Shown here piece by piece: positions 1 to 8,913 of a stretch of 64,000 nucleotides of DNA. The notes under the pieces were generated by a model, which did not search any database, was not told the DNA's origin, and worked only from the letters and a program-made list of their open reading frames with translations. A program made the position numbers and the translations under genes. This stretch comes from Leptolyngbyaceae cyanobacterium (lineage in GTDB: Bacteria; Cyanobacteriota; Cyanobacteriia; Phormidesmidales; Phormidesmidaceae): contig CBDHHL010000032.1 of assembly GCA_965263355.1 (NCBI GenBank), forward strand, positions 960,001 to 1,024,000, written 5' to 3'. Position 1 is the stretch's first letter. Each line of letters begins with the position of its first letter.

Positions 1-18
1 GAACGCATTGGATGTCAT
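1..18 (-). CDS. 5' end of a CDS running off the window (MTSNAF...), downstream of the glutamine riboswitch
   Basis: ATG at 18 (minus) preceded by a GGAGG RBS (26-30); only 6 codons visible. Confidence 0.6.
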
Positions 19-49
19 GAGATCGCCTCCTAAAAATATGCATCGAAGA

Positions 50-124
50 GGCGCGTTCCTTCGGGGAAATATCCCTACTTCCGTCCCTTATGTCCGAAAA
101 TTTTAGAACCAAAGGATGAACGAT
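50..124 (-). ncRNA. Glutamine riboswitch (glnA RNA motif, class I)
   Basis: Minus strand reads ATCGTTCATCCTTTGG...AAGGGACGGAAGTAGGGATATTTCCCCGAAGGAACGCGCC: P1 CGTTC/GAACG, GGAAGTA...GAAG E-loop, short P3 hairpin; 5' UTR position. Confidence 0.85.
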
Positions 125-133
125 ATTTGCATC

Positions 134-149
134 TGTATTTTACGCTACA
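134..149. promoter_or_regulatory. NtcA box (TGTA-N8-TACA) overlapping a putative -10 (TAAAAT, minus strand)
   Basis: TGTATTTTACGCTACA is a perfect GTA-N8-TAC about 10 nt upstream of the riboswitch. Confidence 0.7.
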
Positions 150-324
150 AAAGCCCTAACTAGTCAAGCGGGGCAATCAAAATGTCTACAGTTCATAACA
201 GAATTAGGCTAATTGGTTACAGCAACTGAAACATATTCTTTTAGCCCAGAATAGCGACCTAACTTTTGATACATGGAGAACCCCTTCTAAGGGAAAATTT
301 TAACCTTCAATACCTGACGGCTTC

Positions 325-759
325 TTATTGGCTATCTGGATTTATGGGAGCTATATATTCATTATTAGCACGCACGTAACAAGTATATGCAACAGCCGTT
401 TCATCAATCACCCGACGATGGAGATCAAACATACTGGCACGCACTTTGAGCCATGGCTGCCCATCCACCAGCTCAATGGCATCATTTGTATTGTCAAAAA
501 CAGACTCTACAACTGCGCCATAGGCGAGGGTCACGATAACCAGGCCGTTGGCATCACGACAGTTAAGCCCTGTTGGATCGGGCTCAATAACCAACCACTG
601 CCAGTGAGGATAATAGCCTCTATTGCCCCATACTCTGGCGGAGGGGAAGTCACCATTGGTATCAAAGTTTGGCACATCTGCCATCTGCGCCTGTACCGCA
701 TTTGCAAAAGAAAAAGCACCCAGAAATGAGGCTAGCCATAAGCGAGTCACCATCGCCAT
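325..759 (-). CDS. Hypothetical exported protein
   Basis: 144-aa ORF, signal peptide-like N-terminus (..AVQA|Q), AGGAG RBS. Confidence 0.7.
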   Translation of the reverse strand: MAMVTRLWLASFLGAFSFANAVQAQMADVPNFDTNGDFPSARVWGNRGYYPHWQWLVIEPDPTGLNCRDANGLVIVTLAYGAVVESVFDNTNDAIELVDGQPWLKVRASMFDLHRRVIDETAVAYTCYVRANNEYIAPINPDSQ

Positions 760-789
760 ACTCCTAACATCAGCTAGGTCAGAATAACA

Positions 790-822
790 CTGTCCACTTG
801 CCGAAAATCAGCCAGTGGACAG
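790..822 (-). terminator. Stem-loop downstream of the pirin gene
   Basis: CTGTCCACT-N15-AGTGGACAG inverted repeat. Confidence 0.4.
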
Positions 823-856
823 AGGGCGGGAACCGTCAAAGTTTGTCAGTCTTAGC

Positions 857-1504
857 TTAGGCAAGCATATCAAACAGTAGGATTTCAGCATCATCCGACT
901 GCCCTTGAAGCAAAAGTGTCTCAGCATCTGTAACACCTGCACCATCACCTGCACTAAGAGACTGACCATTAAGCGCTATGCCGCCACGCACCACCTGCAA
1001 CCAGACAGCACGGTTAGCTGAGAGAGTATAGTCAACTTGTTCATCGCGACCATCTTGGGAAACTACCAAGCGTAATTTGCCTTGTTTCTCTTCAGGGCTA
1101 AAGTAGGTTTGTTCATACCCAGGCTCAATACCCTGTTTTTCGGGCAATACCCAAATCTGAAGAAAGTGTACAGGACTGTCTTTTGAAGCATTATACTCAC
1201 TGTGGCTAATGCCAGTACCCGCAGACATTCGCTGCACATCTCCAGGACGGATAATGGAACCATTCCCAATACTGTCCTTATGTTCTAACGATCCATCCAC
1301 AACATAGGAAATAATCTCCATGTCGCGGTGACTGTGGGTAGGAAACCCTTGCCCAGGAGCAACTTTGTCTTCATTGATGACCCGCAGGCTGGAAAAGCCC
1401 ATATGGGCTGGATCATAGTAGCTACCAAAAGAGAATGTGTGACGACTGTCGAGCCAGCCAAAGTTAGCGTTGCCTCTTTCTGATGCTGGGCGAATGGTGA
1501 GCAT
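857..1504 (-). CDS. Pirin family protein (YhhW/quercetinase-like), apparently with an internal in-frame deletion
   Basis: [41 protein letters not shown] motifs; ATG at 1504 with GGAGG RBS. Confidence 0.9.
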   Translation of the reverse strand: MLTIRPASERGNANFGWLDSRHTFSFGSYYDPAHMGFSSLRVINEDKVAPGQGFPTHSHRDMEIISYVVDGSLEHKDSIGNGSIIRPGDVQRMSAGTGISHSEYNASKDSPVHFLQIWVLPEKQGIEPGYEQTYFSPEEKQGKLRLVVSQDGRDEQVDYTLSANRAVWLQVVRGGIALNGQSLSAGDGAGVTDAETLLLQGQSDDAEILLFDMLA

Positions 1505-1674
1505 GATTTTACCTCCGCTAGTTCTATAGAGTGGAACTGATTTAAACCTTGTCCATGTCCAGAAAGATTGTTTCGACTCAGAAGAACCTACAGGTTCCAA
1601 CTTGGACGTGGTTTAGAACTGATTTAATTATGGATTGCAATCCAGAAAATGACAATAACTAATTAAATAGACGA

Positions 1675-1697
1675 ATTGTCACAAAAAAAGAGACAAT
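1675..1697. promoter_or_regulatory. Probable LysR recognition site in the divergent pirin/LysR promoter
   Basis: ATTGTC-N11-GACAAT inverted repeat; a related half-site lies near 1634-1656. Confidence 0.5.
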
Positions 1698-1734
1698 AAA
1701 GTCATTCAAACATCGTTCAAAGGTTACAGGTATC

Positions 1735-2640
1735 GTGGATAAATTTGCGGCTCTTCATGCATTTGTGCGGGTAGTAGAAGCCAGTGGCTTTGCCGCCGCT
1801 GCAAGGGATATGGGCATGTCGCGCTCAGCGGTGAATAAGTTGGTAATTGCCTTGGAAACTGAACTGGGCGTCCGGCTACTACAGCGCAGCACTCGTCAGG
1901 TAACACCCACAGCCACAGGGACTGCCTTTTATGAACGTTGTTTAGGTATTTTGGCCGACCTGGAAGAGGCAGAACTAGCCGTCTCCCAAGAACAAGCTGA
2001 ACCAGTAGGAACATTGCGGATCAACGCGCCTATGACCTTTGGCACATTACATCTAGGATCAGTAATAGCGGAATTTATGACCAAATATCCTACATTACAG
2101 ATACAGCTAACGCTTGAGGATCGGTTTATCGATCCGTTAGCAGAGGGATTTGACCTCACTCTACGCATCGCTGAACCGAACAAGTCCTCTCAGCTAGTGG
2201 TACATGAATTGGCTAAGCTGCCACGCTTGCTATGTGCTGCGCCTAGTTATCTAAAACAGTATGGTACTCCGACATTAGTACAGGACTTAAAAGAGCATAG
2301 CTGTTTAGCTTATGGTGAACTAGCCGGTCGCCATGAATGGCTATTAGATGGACCTGATGGTGAAGTCAGAGTATCTGTAAATGGGGCAATGTGCTCTAAC
2401 AATGGTGAAGTTCTCAGGGACGCTGCCTGTCAGGGGCGAGGCATTGTTCTATTACCTCAATTTATTGTGCAACAGAGTTTGGAGCAGGGAGATCTGCAAA
2501 AGATTGTCTTGGATTATCAGCCTCGGGCTTTGTCTCTATGCGTGATCTATCCAACAAACCGACATCTATCTACTAAGGTGCGGTTGTTAACAGCATTTTT
2601 GCAAGAACGATTTGGAGAACTTTCTGGCTCTCTGAGCTAA
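1735..2640 (+). CDS. LysR family transcriptional regulator (CrgA/DmlR-like)
   Basis: N-terminal HTH ([30 protein letters not shown]), substrate-binding domain, 301 aa, divergent from pirin. Confidence 0.95.
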   Translation: MDKFAALHAFVRVVEASGFAAAARDMGMSRSAVNKLVIALETELGVRLLQRSTRQVTPTATGTAFYERCLGILADLEEAELAVSQEQAEPVGTLRINAPMTFGTLHLGSVIAEFMTKYPTLQIQLTLEDRFIDPLAEGFDLTLRIAEPNKSSQLVVHELAKLPRLLCAAPSYLKQYGTPTLVQDLKEHSCLAYGELAGRHEWLLDGPDGEVRVSVNGAMCSNNGEVLRDAACQGRGIVLLPQFIVQQSLEQGDLQKIVLDYQPRALSLCVIYPTNRHLSTKVRLLTAFLQERFGELSGSLS

Positions 2641-2671
2641 TGTACCTAACGTATTTTTTTCTAGATAACTA

Positions 2672-3106
2672 TCAACCCTTTGCCAATCGCTCACAAACAA
2701 ACTCTTCCATCTCTTCGTAGAGAAATTGAAGCTTTAGACCGGATTCTACATCCCCTATCTGACCACTTAGTTCCCTCAGTTCCCCAACACGATTCGCGAT
2801 CACCTCACTGGAGTCATAAAGGGTATCTGGGGCTATGCCACCCCGGCGTCCAGCTTCCAAAAAGGTAGCTTCCAAGTCCTCCCTAAGATAAGCGGAATCG
2901 ATAATACCATTGGGAAAGCTTACGGCTAAATACGCCCGACACTCTAGTTCCATCCGGTCAACGCTATCACCCAACATGATGGAGTAACCGTCCTGATTCA
3001 CGGTAGTGGCAACTTCAGGGGTATTTTCAGCGGGAATTACCTGGGCGATCGCAGGGGCAACACACGCAGTTAAGGTACCAATGGTAAGTAGTAAAACCGA
3101 TTTCAT
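2672..3106 (-). CDS. Hypothetical exported protein or lipoprotein
   Basis: 144 aa with signal peptide (MKSVLLLTIGTLTAC..AIAQ). Confidence 0.65.
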   Translation of the reverse strand: MKSVLLLTIGTLTACVAPAIAQVIPAENTPEVATTVNQDGYSIMLGDSVDRMELECRAYLAVSFPNGIIDSAYLREDLEATFLEAGRRGGIAPDTLYDSSEVIANRVGELRELSGQIGDVESGLKLQFLYEEMEEFVCERLAKG

Positions 3107-3294
3107 AGATCAACGGGGGATTGGGGAGGCAGCCAGCATGAGAATCTATCCAGATCCTATATCGTTACACTGATGTAACCATGGGTTTTGCCTGATTTTT
3201 AGAGCCTTCTTTAGCTTCTCTTAATGTATTGCCCAGTTTAGGCAGATTACTTCACCTCAAAGCCCAGCCCCCCTATTCATCTAACTTTAATCAC

Positions 3295-3795
3295 CTACCA
3301 CCAGCGCACCGCCAACATTGAAGCTTCAGGAATATCGTCTTCAGCCGGCCAATCAACTGGTTTGTAGGTACCAAAAATGTGGTCCCACCAGTCAAGACCG
3401 AGGCCAAAATTGTGGTGCCACATACCGTACTTGTGATGAACGTAGTGGACGGGCATTTTCATCCAGAAGCATTTGCGAGGGTTTTCATGCTGCAACTGAT
3501 GGGCATAGGCAGAAAAGGCAGCATAAACGAGGGCACCGCTGGTCCAGCCGAACCCGACGATTAAGGAAAAGATAAAGGGAATAGCCATTGCGATCGCACT
3601 TCCCAATACATAGTCTCGAAACTCCCACAATACGCCCTGACCCTCGTTACGACGATGGTGGTCGCGATGGCGCTCACCCACTTTAGGAGACGCATGCATC
3701 AGCCGATGGAGCCAATACTCCACAAAGCTTGCAAACACAAAGGCTGCAACAAAACTAATCGCAAAAATGACAGACTGGGGCATTAGTAACTCCAT
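3295..3795 (-). CDS. Sterol desaturase / fatty acid hydroxylase family protein
   Basis: His boxes HRLMH, HRDHH, HQLQH, HYVHH and NFG..WDHIFGT; TM segments. Confidence 0.9.
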   Translation of the reverse strand: MELLMPQSVIFAISFVAAFVFASFVEYWLHRLMHASPKVGERHRDHHRRNEGQGVLWEFRDYVLGSAIAMAIPFIFSLIVGFGWTSGALVYAAFSAYAHQLQHENPRKCFWMKMPVHYVHHKYGMWHHNFGLGLDWWDHIFGTYKPVDWPAEDDIPEASMLAVRWW

Positions 3796-3884
3796 TAAAG
3801 GTAAGCACGAGCTAATAAGCCCGCTACTTCATTTTATTATTGTGAAATCTTTTTAAGAAGACAAGACGTATTGTAAAGTAGCCC

Positions 3885-5567
3885 ATGCCTTACTCTCCCC
3901 TGCAGTTATCCATGTTTGCCCTGGCGATGGCCAGCCAGTGGCAGCAGCGTGCCTTTACTCGCCAGCTGCCCCAAGCAAGCGCTATCCAAGCTCGGTTTTT
4001 GCAAAAATTACTTAAAGAGCAGCAGGGGACGGCCCTAGGACAAGCCTTAAAACTAGATCGCGTTAGTAGCATTGAGGAATTTCGCCAACAGGTTCCCAAA
4101 TGGAACTACGACGGCTATGCTCCATACTTTGAGCGAGCGGCAGCGGGAGAGCCAAACGTGGTATCACCATTCCCGGTACAGAGTTTTAACATGAGCAGCG
4201 GCTCCACCGGCAGCCGTAAACTCATTCCCATTACCAAACGGGTCAAGCAAACTCGAGCCTATGCCAATCAAATAGCCATGGGCTATGCCTTTGAACAATC
4301 TCGTACCCAGGGGGGTAGCATCGGTCAACTATTGCTGACAACCTCAATCGCACCTCTGGGCACAACGAAGGGCGGCATCACTTACGGCCACGTTAGTGGT
4401 AATCAGTTGCGCACCACACCATCGTTTGCATTCAAACAGCTATTTGCTCAGCCCTATGACGCCATGCTGGTGAATGATACTGCCGCCCGCAACTATGTTT
4501 GTTTGCTGTTTGGTCTACAACAGCGATGGCTGACCTACATAGGTGCTAATTTTCCGCTGATCATGCTACAGCTATGCACTTACCTGGAAAAATTTGGCCC
4601 TGACTTAGTCAACGATATTGAACGGGGTAACATTTCCCAAGATATTTTTCTAGAACCAGAGCTGCGCCAATCATTACAACAACAACTATCGCCCCACCCT
4701 CAACGGGCCAAAGAACTGCAAGCTGTACTAGCTGACCATGGTCGGCTGTTACCTCGCTATGTGTGGCCAAATTTGGCATTTTTAATTACTGCCCGAGGCG
4801 GTCCGTCAGATTTTTATTTTGAACGTTTTAATGAGTATTTTGGGAATACCCCCATTTTTGGCGGTACCTATGCTGCGTCAGAAGCTGTCTTTGGGAGCTA
4901 CTGTCAGCTCAATGCCGACGGAGCTATTTTGGCATTAAAAACAAACTTCTTTGAGTTTGTGGCCCCCGATCAGTGGGAACAGGATAATCCTAAAACCTTA
5001 CTGCCCCATCAGTTGGAAATCGGCGAATATTATCGTGTATTAATCACTAACTATTCAGGATTTTGTCGGTATGATATTGGCGATATCTTACAAGTCATAG
5101 GCAAACGCCACGGTGTTCCTATAATTGTTTTTCGCTACCGTCGGGGGGGAACTCTCTCAGCGATTTCAGAAAAAACGACTGAGTATCATGTCACTCAGGT
5201 CATGGCTGCCTTGCAAGGAAACTTACCCATTGAGGATTTTTGTGTCACTCTCTCAGAATCTCTTATCGATCCCTATTATGTGCTCAACATCGAACTTGCA
5301 GGCAACAATAAACTATCTGATCCAAAACAATTTTTAGCCGCGTTTGATCACCATATGCAACAGACCAATGAGTCCTATGGGTTCAAGCGTCAGAAAAATG
5401 ATATTACCCGTCCCCAACTCAATCTTTTAGCGCCGGGCAGCTTTAAGCAGCTGCGGCAGCAAAGGCTGAAACCAGGAATTTCGGATGATGTTCAAGTGAA
5501 ACTAGCTCATATCAGTTGCGATCGCACGCTCCTGGACAGCATCACCATCATCCAACAAATTCGTTAA
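3885..5567 (+). CDS. GH3 family acyl-acid amido synthetase (GH3 auxin-responsive promoter family)
   Basis: SSGSTGSRKLIP, YAASEA, RYDIGD motifs; 560 aa. Confidence 0.9.
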   Translation: MPYSPLQLSMFALAMASQWQQRAFTRQLPQASAIQARFLQKLLKEQQGTALGQALKLDRVSSIEEFRQQVPKWNYDGYAPYFERAAAGEPNVVSPFPVQSFNMSSGSTGSRKLIPITKRVKQTRAYANQIAMGYAFEQSRTQGGSIGQLLLTTSIAPLGTTKGGITYGHVSGNQLRTTPSFAFKQLFAQPYDAMLVNDTAARNYVCLLFGLQQRWLTYIGANFPLIMLQLCTYLEKFGPDLVNDIERGNISQDIFLEPELRQSLQQQLSPHPQRAKELQAVLADHGRLLPRYVWPNLAFLITARGGPSDFYFERFNEYFGNTPIFGGTYAASEAVFGSYCQLNADGAILALKTNFFEFVAPDQWEQDNPKTLLPHQLEIGEYYRVLITNYSGFCRYDIGDILQVIGKRHGVPIIVFRYRRGGTLSAISEKTTEYHVTQVMAALQGNLPIEDFCVTLSESLIDPYYVLNIELAGNNKLSDPKQFLAAFDHHMQQTNESYGFKRQKNDITRPQLNLLAPGSFKQLRQQRLKPGISDDVQVKLAHISCDRTLLDSITIIQQIR

Positions 5568-7318
5568 AACGGCGTGTATTGGATGGAAAAATGAATCCCA
5601 CTGTCCTGCAACCCCTCATCATCCGTATCTAAATCCACCAGGGGAATGCCCCAATCCAAACGGGCAGAAAAATTGTCACTCTGTTGCCAGAACAATCCGA
5701 ACCCTGTTCCGACCAAAGTATCTGGACCAGGGGAACTACCATCATCATTCCAAACAGTACCTACGTCTATAAACGGCGTAACCTGCAATACACCATCTAG
5801 CTCCGGAACCCTGGCAATGGGCCAACGCAACTCCGCCGATAACAACGCCCCATTATCACGCCGTAACGCATCTTGTCGATAACCACGAACACTTTGCCCC
5901 CCGCCCAGGCTAAATTCCTCTTGGGGAAGTAAATCATCGGTAGTGAGCTGCACGTCCCCCCGCAAGAGAAACAATCGATCTGGTTTACCCAATAGTTTGA
6001 TCCACTGCCCTTGACCACGCCAGGAAAAGAACCGGCTATCCGGGGCGTCATCATTGATGGTGGCACCGAGTAAATCCACCCCCACGTTGAACTGCGATCG
6101 CAATGCCAATACATGACGCTGACTGCGCTGCGTCCACTCTTGAAAAAACCGTACGGCACTTGTGCGCGTACGACCATTTTCATCGGCACCAGGGGATAGG
6201 GGAAATGGCCCTATATCGTCTAGACCTAAACGGGTTTGACTGGTTTGATGGGATAGGGTAAGACCCAGAGCCGCGTCCTGGGTAGGCGTTTCAATCAAAG
6301 GATGACGATAACCCAGCTCATAGTAAGCACTGTCAGAGGAAATATCGAGCACCGAAAACGCAGAATTAATCACCCGGCTATCGGCGTAACCAGCTGCTAG
6401 ACGCAACGTATCGTTATTAGGACTGACTGGCACAGTGTAGCTAAAGTCCACACCATCACTGCCGTCAGTATGCTTATAATCCAGCGTAACTCGATCACCT
6501 ATACCAAACAGGTTACCTTCATCCACCCCAAGACTGACCTGGGTGCCGCCAATATTAGGCGATCGATTATTGGCCAAACTTGTATTAACTGCAAACGAGT
6601 CCGCCTCAACCACATCAATGACTAGCAAACTCGTCCCTGGCTGGACTCCGGCTTGTAAATCGGCAGATACCGTTTCTATTAATGGATTTAATTGCAATCG
6701 CTGCAGACCAGCCAAAAGTGTATCTACGTTAAGAGGAGGCTGGGCCCCTAATCCCACGCGACTACGAATATAGTCTTTATCTAGACGCCGGGTACCTCTA
6801 ACAACAATATCCTCTAACCGCCCTTCTACTACCTGAATAACGACAGTATTATCAACAACAGTCTGAGGCGGGATCAATGCTCCAGAGGTTAGATAGCCAG
6901 CTTGCACGTACCGATCGGTAATGGCCGAGCGCAACGCTAAAAGCTCATTAAAACTAAGCTGTCGATTACGATATTGATCCAGTAATTCTGCTAAATCCTC
7001 TTCATCGAAAATGGTGCTACCCATAATCTCGATATTTTCCACATAAAACTTAGCCTCCCCTTCTCCCAATCCCTCATCTGGAGGGACCGGTTCACCAGGA
7101 GAAAGAAGTTCATCCGGAGAAGGTAAGGATGGAGGTAAAGGCTCATCCGGTAAGGGGATCTCTGGCAGCGTCTCAGGCGGAATCGGTGATGTTTGAGCCA
7201 CGAGGGCACTTGCAGACGTCTGCACCATGGCCGGATAAACCAGTAAACAGCCGCACTGCCCTAGACCAAATAATATTTTTGTCAACAAAAATGAATAGTA
7301 TTTGTTTCTTAATACCAT
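5564..7318 (-). CDS. ShlB/FhaC/HecB two-partner secretion outer-membrane transporter (TpsB)
   Basis: POTRA region (ITDRYVQAGYLTS..VVEG), VRGY motif, beta-barrel pattern, C-terminal Phe. Confidence 0.93.
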   Translation of the reverse strand: MVLRNKYYSFLLTKILFGLGQCGCLLVYPAMVQTSASALVAQTSPIPPETLPEIPLPDEPLPPSLPSPDELLSPGEPVPPDEGLGEGEAKFYVENIEIMGSTIFDEEDLAELLDQYRNRQLSFNELLALRSAITDRYVQAGYLTSGALIPPQTVVDNTVVIQVVEGRLEDIVVRGTRRLDKDYIRSRVGLGAQPPLNVDTLLAGLQRLQLNPLIETVSADLQAGVQPGTSLLVIDVVEADSFAVNTSLANNRSPNIGGTQVSLGVDEGNLFGIGDRVTLDYKHTDGSDGVDFSYTVPVSPNNDTLRLAAGYADSRVINSAFSVLDISSDSAYYELGYRHPLIETPTQDAALGLTLSHQTSQTRLGLDDIGPFPLSPGADENGRTRTSAVRFFQEWTQRSQRHVLALRSQFNVGVDLLGATINDDAPDSRFFSWRGQGQWIKLLGKPDRLFLLRGDVQLTTDDLLPQEEFSLGGGQSVRGYRQDALRRDNGALLSAELRWPIARVPELDGVLQVTPFIDVGTVWNDDGSSPGPDTLVGTGFGLFWQQSDNFSARLDWGIPLVDLDTDDEGLQDSGIHFSIQYTPF

Positions 7319-7512
7319 AATCCTATTAAACTGCTATGCGGCCACGGTAGAAACGACTAGCTGTCTCAGGATGCCCCGTTTATATTGAAGTATTTAAATT
7401 TTTCAGCAGTATTGATGACGCGGTCTAGGATACCAGATGACACGATACTGGTTACATTTAGTTCAAGTAACATTAATATCGCCTACAAACTCCCTCAATC
7501 TGAGCTATTCGG

Positions 7513-8913
7513 CTAAAACGTTACAGACTGAATCGGCAATGTTAGGGTGAAGCAGGTTCCCTGCCCTAAGGTGGACGCTACATCAATAGAGCCACTATGC
7601 TTATCGACTACAATCTGCCGCACAATAGCTAACCCTAATCCCGTTCCCCGACCAACCTCTTTGGTCGTAAATAAATGATCAAAAATGCGTGGTTTGACGG
7701 CCTCATCAATGCCTGCACCATTATCCTCAATCTTGATCACAATACATTTATCATCTGCTGCTAAACCAGTGCTGACAGTTATTAGGTTTGATCGAGTCTT
7801 AGGAACTTCACAATTCGCTAGTTGGCTAATATCATCTAGCGTATCAATGGCATTTGCCAACAGATTCATAAAAACCTGGTTCAGTTGACCGGCAAAGCAT
7901 TCAATCTCTGGAATATCCTGGTAGTACTTTTTAACCTCGATTTCTGGTCTATTTTCATTGGCCTTGAGGCGATGCCTTAAAATCAACAAGGTACTATTAA
8001 GACCGTCATGCACATCAAACGATACCTTGTGTTCTTCATCTGCCCGTGAAAATGTGCGAAGACTATCACTAATATTGTGAATACGTTCCATACCTGTGGC
8101 CCAGGAAGACAAAAGTTTTTCTAAGTCTTGGCTTAAAAAATCCAGCTCAATCGATTCAATCCGCTCTTGAATAGCTTGCCCTGGGTCTGGAAATGTCTTT
8201 TGGTACAGTTCGATTAACCCTAACAGCTCCTGAATATATTCTCGGAGTGGCTCTAAGTTACCCTGCAAAAAACTAATGGGGTTATTAAGCTCATGGGCTA
8301 CACCTGCCACCAAATTCCCCAATGCCGACATTTTTTCATTTTGGACTAGCTGCAACTGAGCCTGCTGCAGTTTTTTTAGAGAATCTGATAACTCAGCCGT
8401 ACGTTGCTCAACCCTATGTTCAAGGTCTTGGGCTAATTGGTGGAGCCGAGATTCTGCCACAGTTTTTTCAGCAATCTCCTGGGTTAACAGTTCATTCTTT
8501 TCTTCTAACGCTTGAGTAAGAAATTTCAGGTGCAAATGAAGTTTGACACGCGCGATGACTTCTTTTTGCTGAAAGGGTTTAGTGATGTAGTCTACGGCCC
8601 CCATCTCTAATCCTTGCACCTTGTACTTAGAATCTGAAAGGGCCGTCATAAAAATGATGGGTATCGCCTGGGTCTCAGTATTGGCTTTTAGCCGTTGACA
8701 GGTTTCGAAACCATCAATTCCAGGCATCATCACATCCAACAAAATAAGATTAGGCTGCGCATATTTAGCCTGTTCAATCGCAGATACTCCATCGGTAGCC
8801 ACCAGCATTGTCCAATCATTGCCTTTAAGGGCATCAGACAGCACCTTTAAGTTAGTGGGCTTATCGTCCACTAACAATATCCGCACTGGCTGATCAAAGG
8901 AGCTGCTGGTCAT
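7513..8913 (-). CDS. Hybrid response regulator / histidine kinase (REC-HisKA-HATPase)
   Basis: [17 protein letters not shown] receiver; VAHELNNP H-box, NLLANA, DNGAG, GTGLGL; overlaps the upstream kinase stop. Confidence 0.95.
   Translation of the reverse strand: MTSSSFDQPVRILLVDDKPTNLKVLSDALKGNDWTMLVATDGVSAIEQAKYAQPNLILLDVMMPGIDGFETCQRLKANTETQAIPIIFMTALSDSKYKVQGLEMGAVDYITKPFQQKEVIARVKLHLHLKFLTQALEEKNELLTQEIAEKTVAESRLHQLAQDLEHRVEQRTAELSDSLKKLQQAQLQLVQNEKMSALGNLVAGVAHELNNPISFLQGNLEPLREYIQELLGLIELYQKTFPDPGQAIQERIESIELDFLSQDLEKLLSSWATGMERIHNISDSLRTFSRADEEHKVSFDVHDGLNSTLLILRHRLKANENRPEIEVKKYYQDIPEIECFAGQLNQVFMNLLANAIDTLDDISQLANCEVPKTRSNLITVSTGLAADDKCIVIKIEDNGAGIDEAVKPRIFDHLFTTKEVGRGTGLGLAIVRQIVVDKHSGSIDVASTLGQGTCFTLTLPIQSVTF

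Noticed and set aside
328..729. Antisense and alternative-frame ORFs overlapping confident genes (also 12498-12887, 19954-20418, 41730-42095, 52705-53064, 53861-54223)
   Set aside because: Shadow ORFs of well-supported CDSs, with no independent motifs
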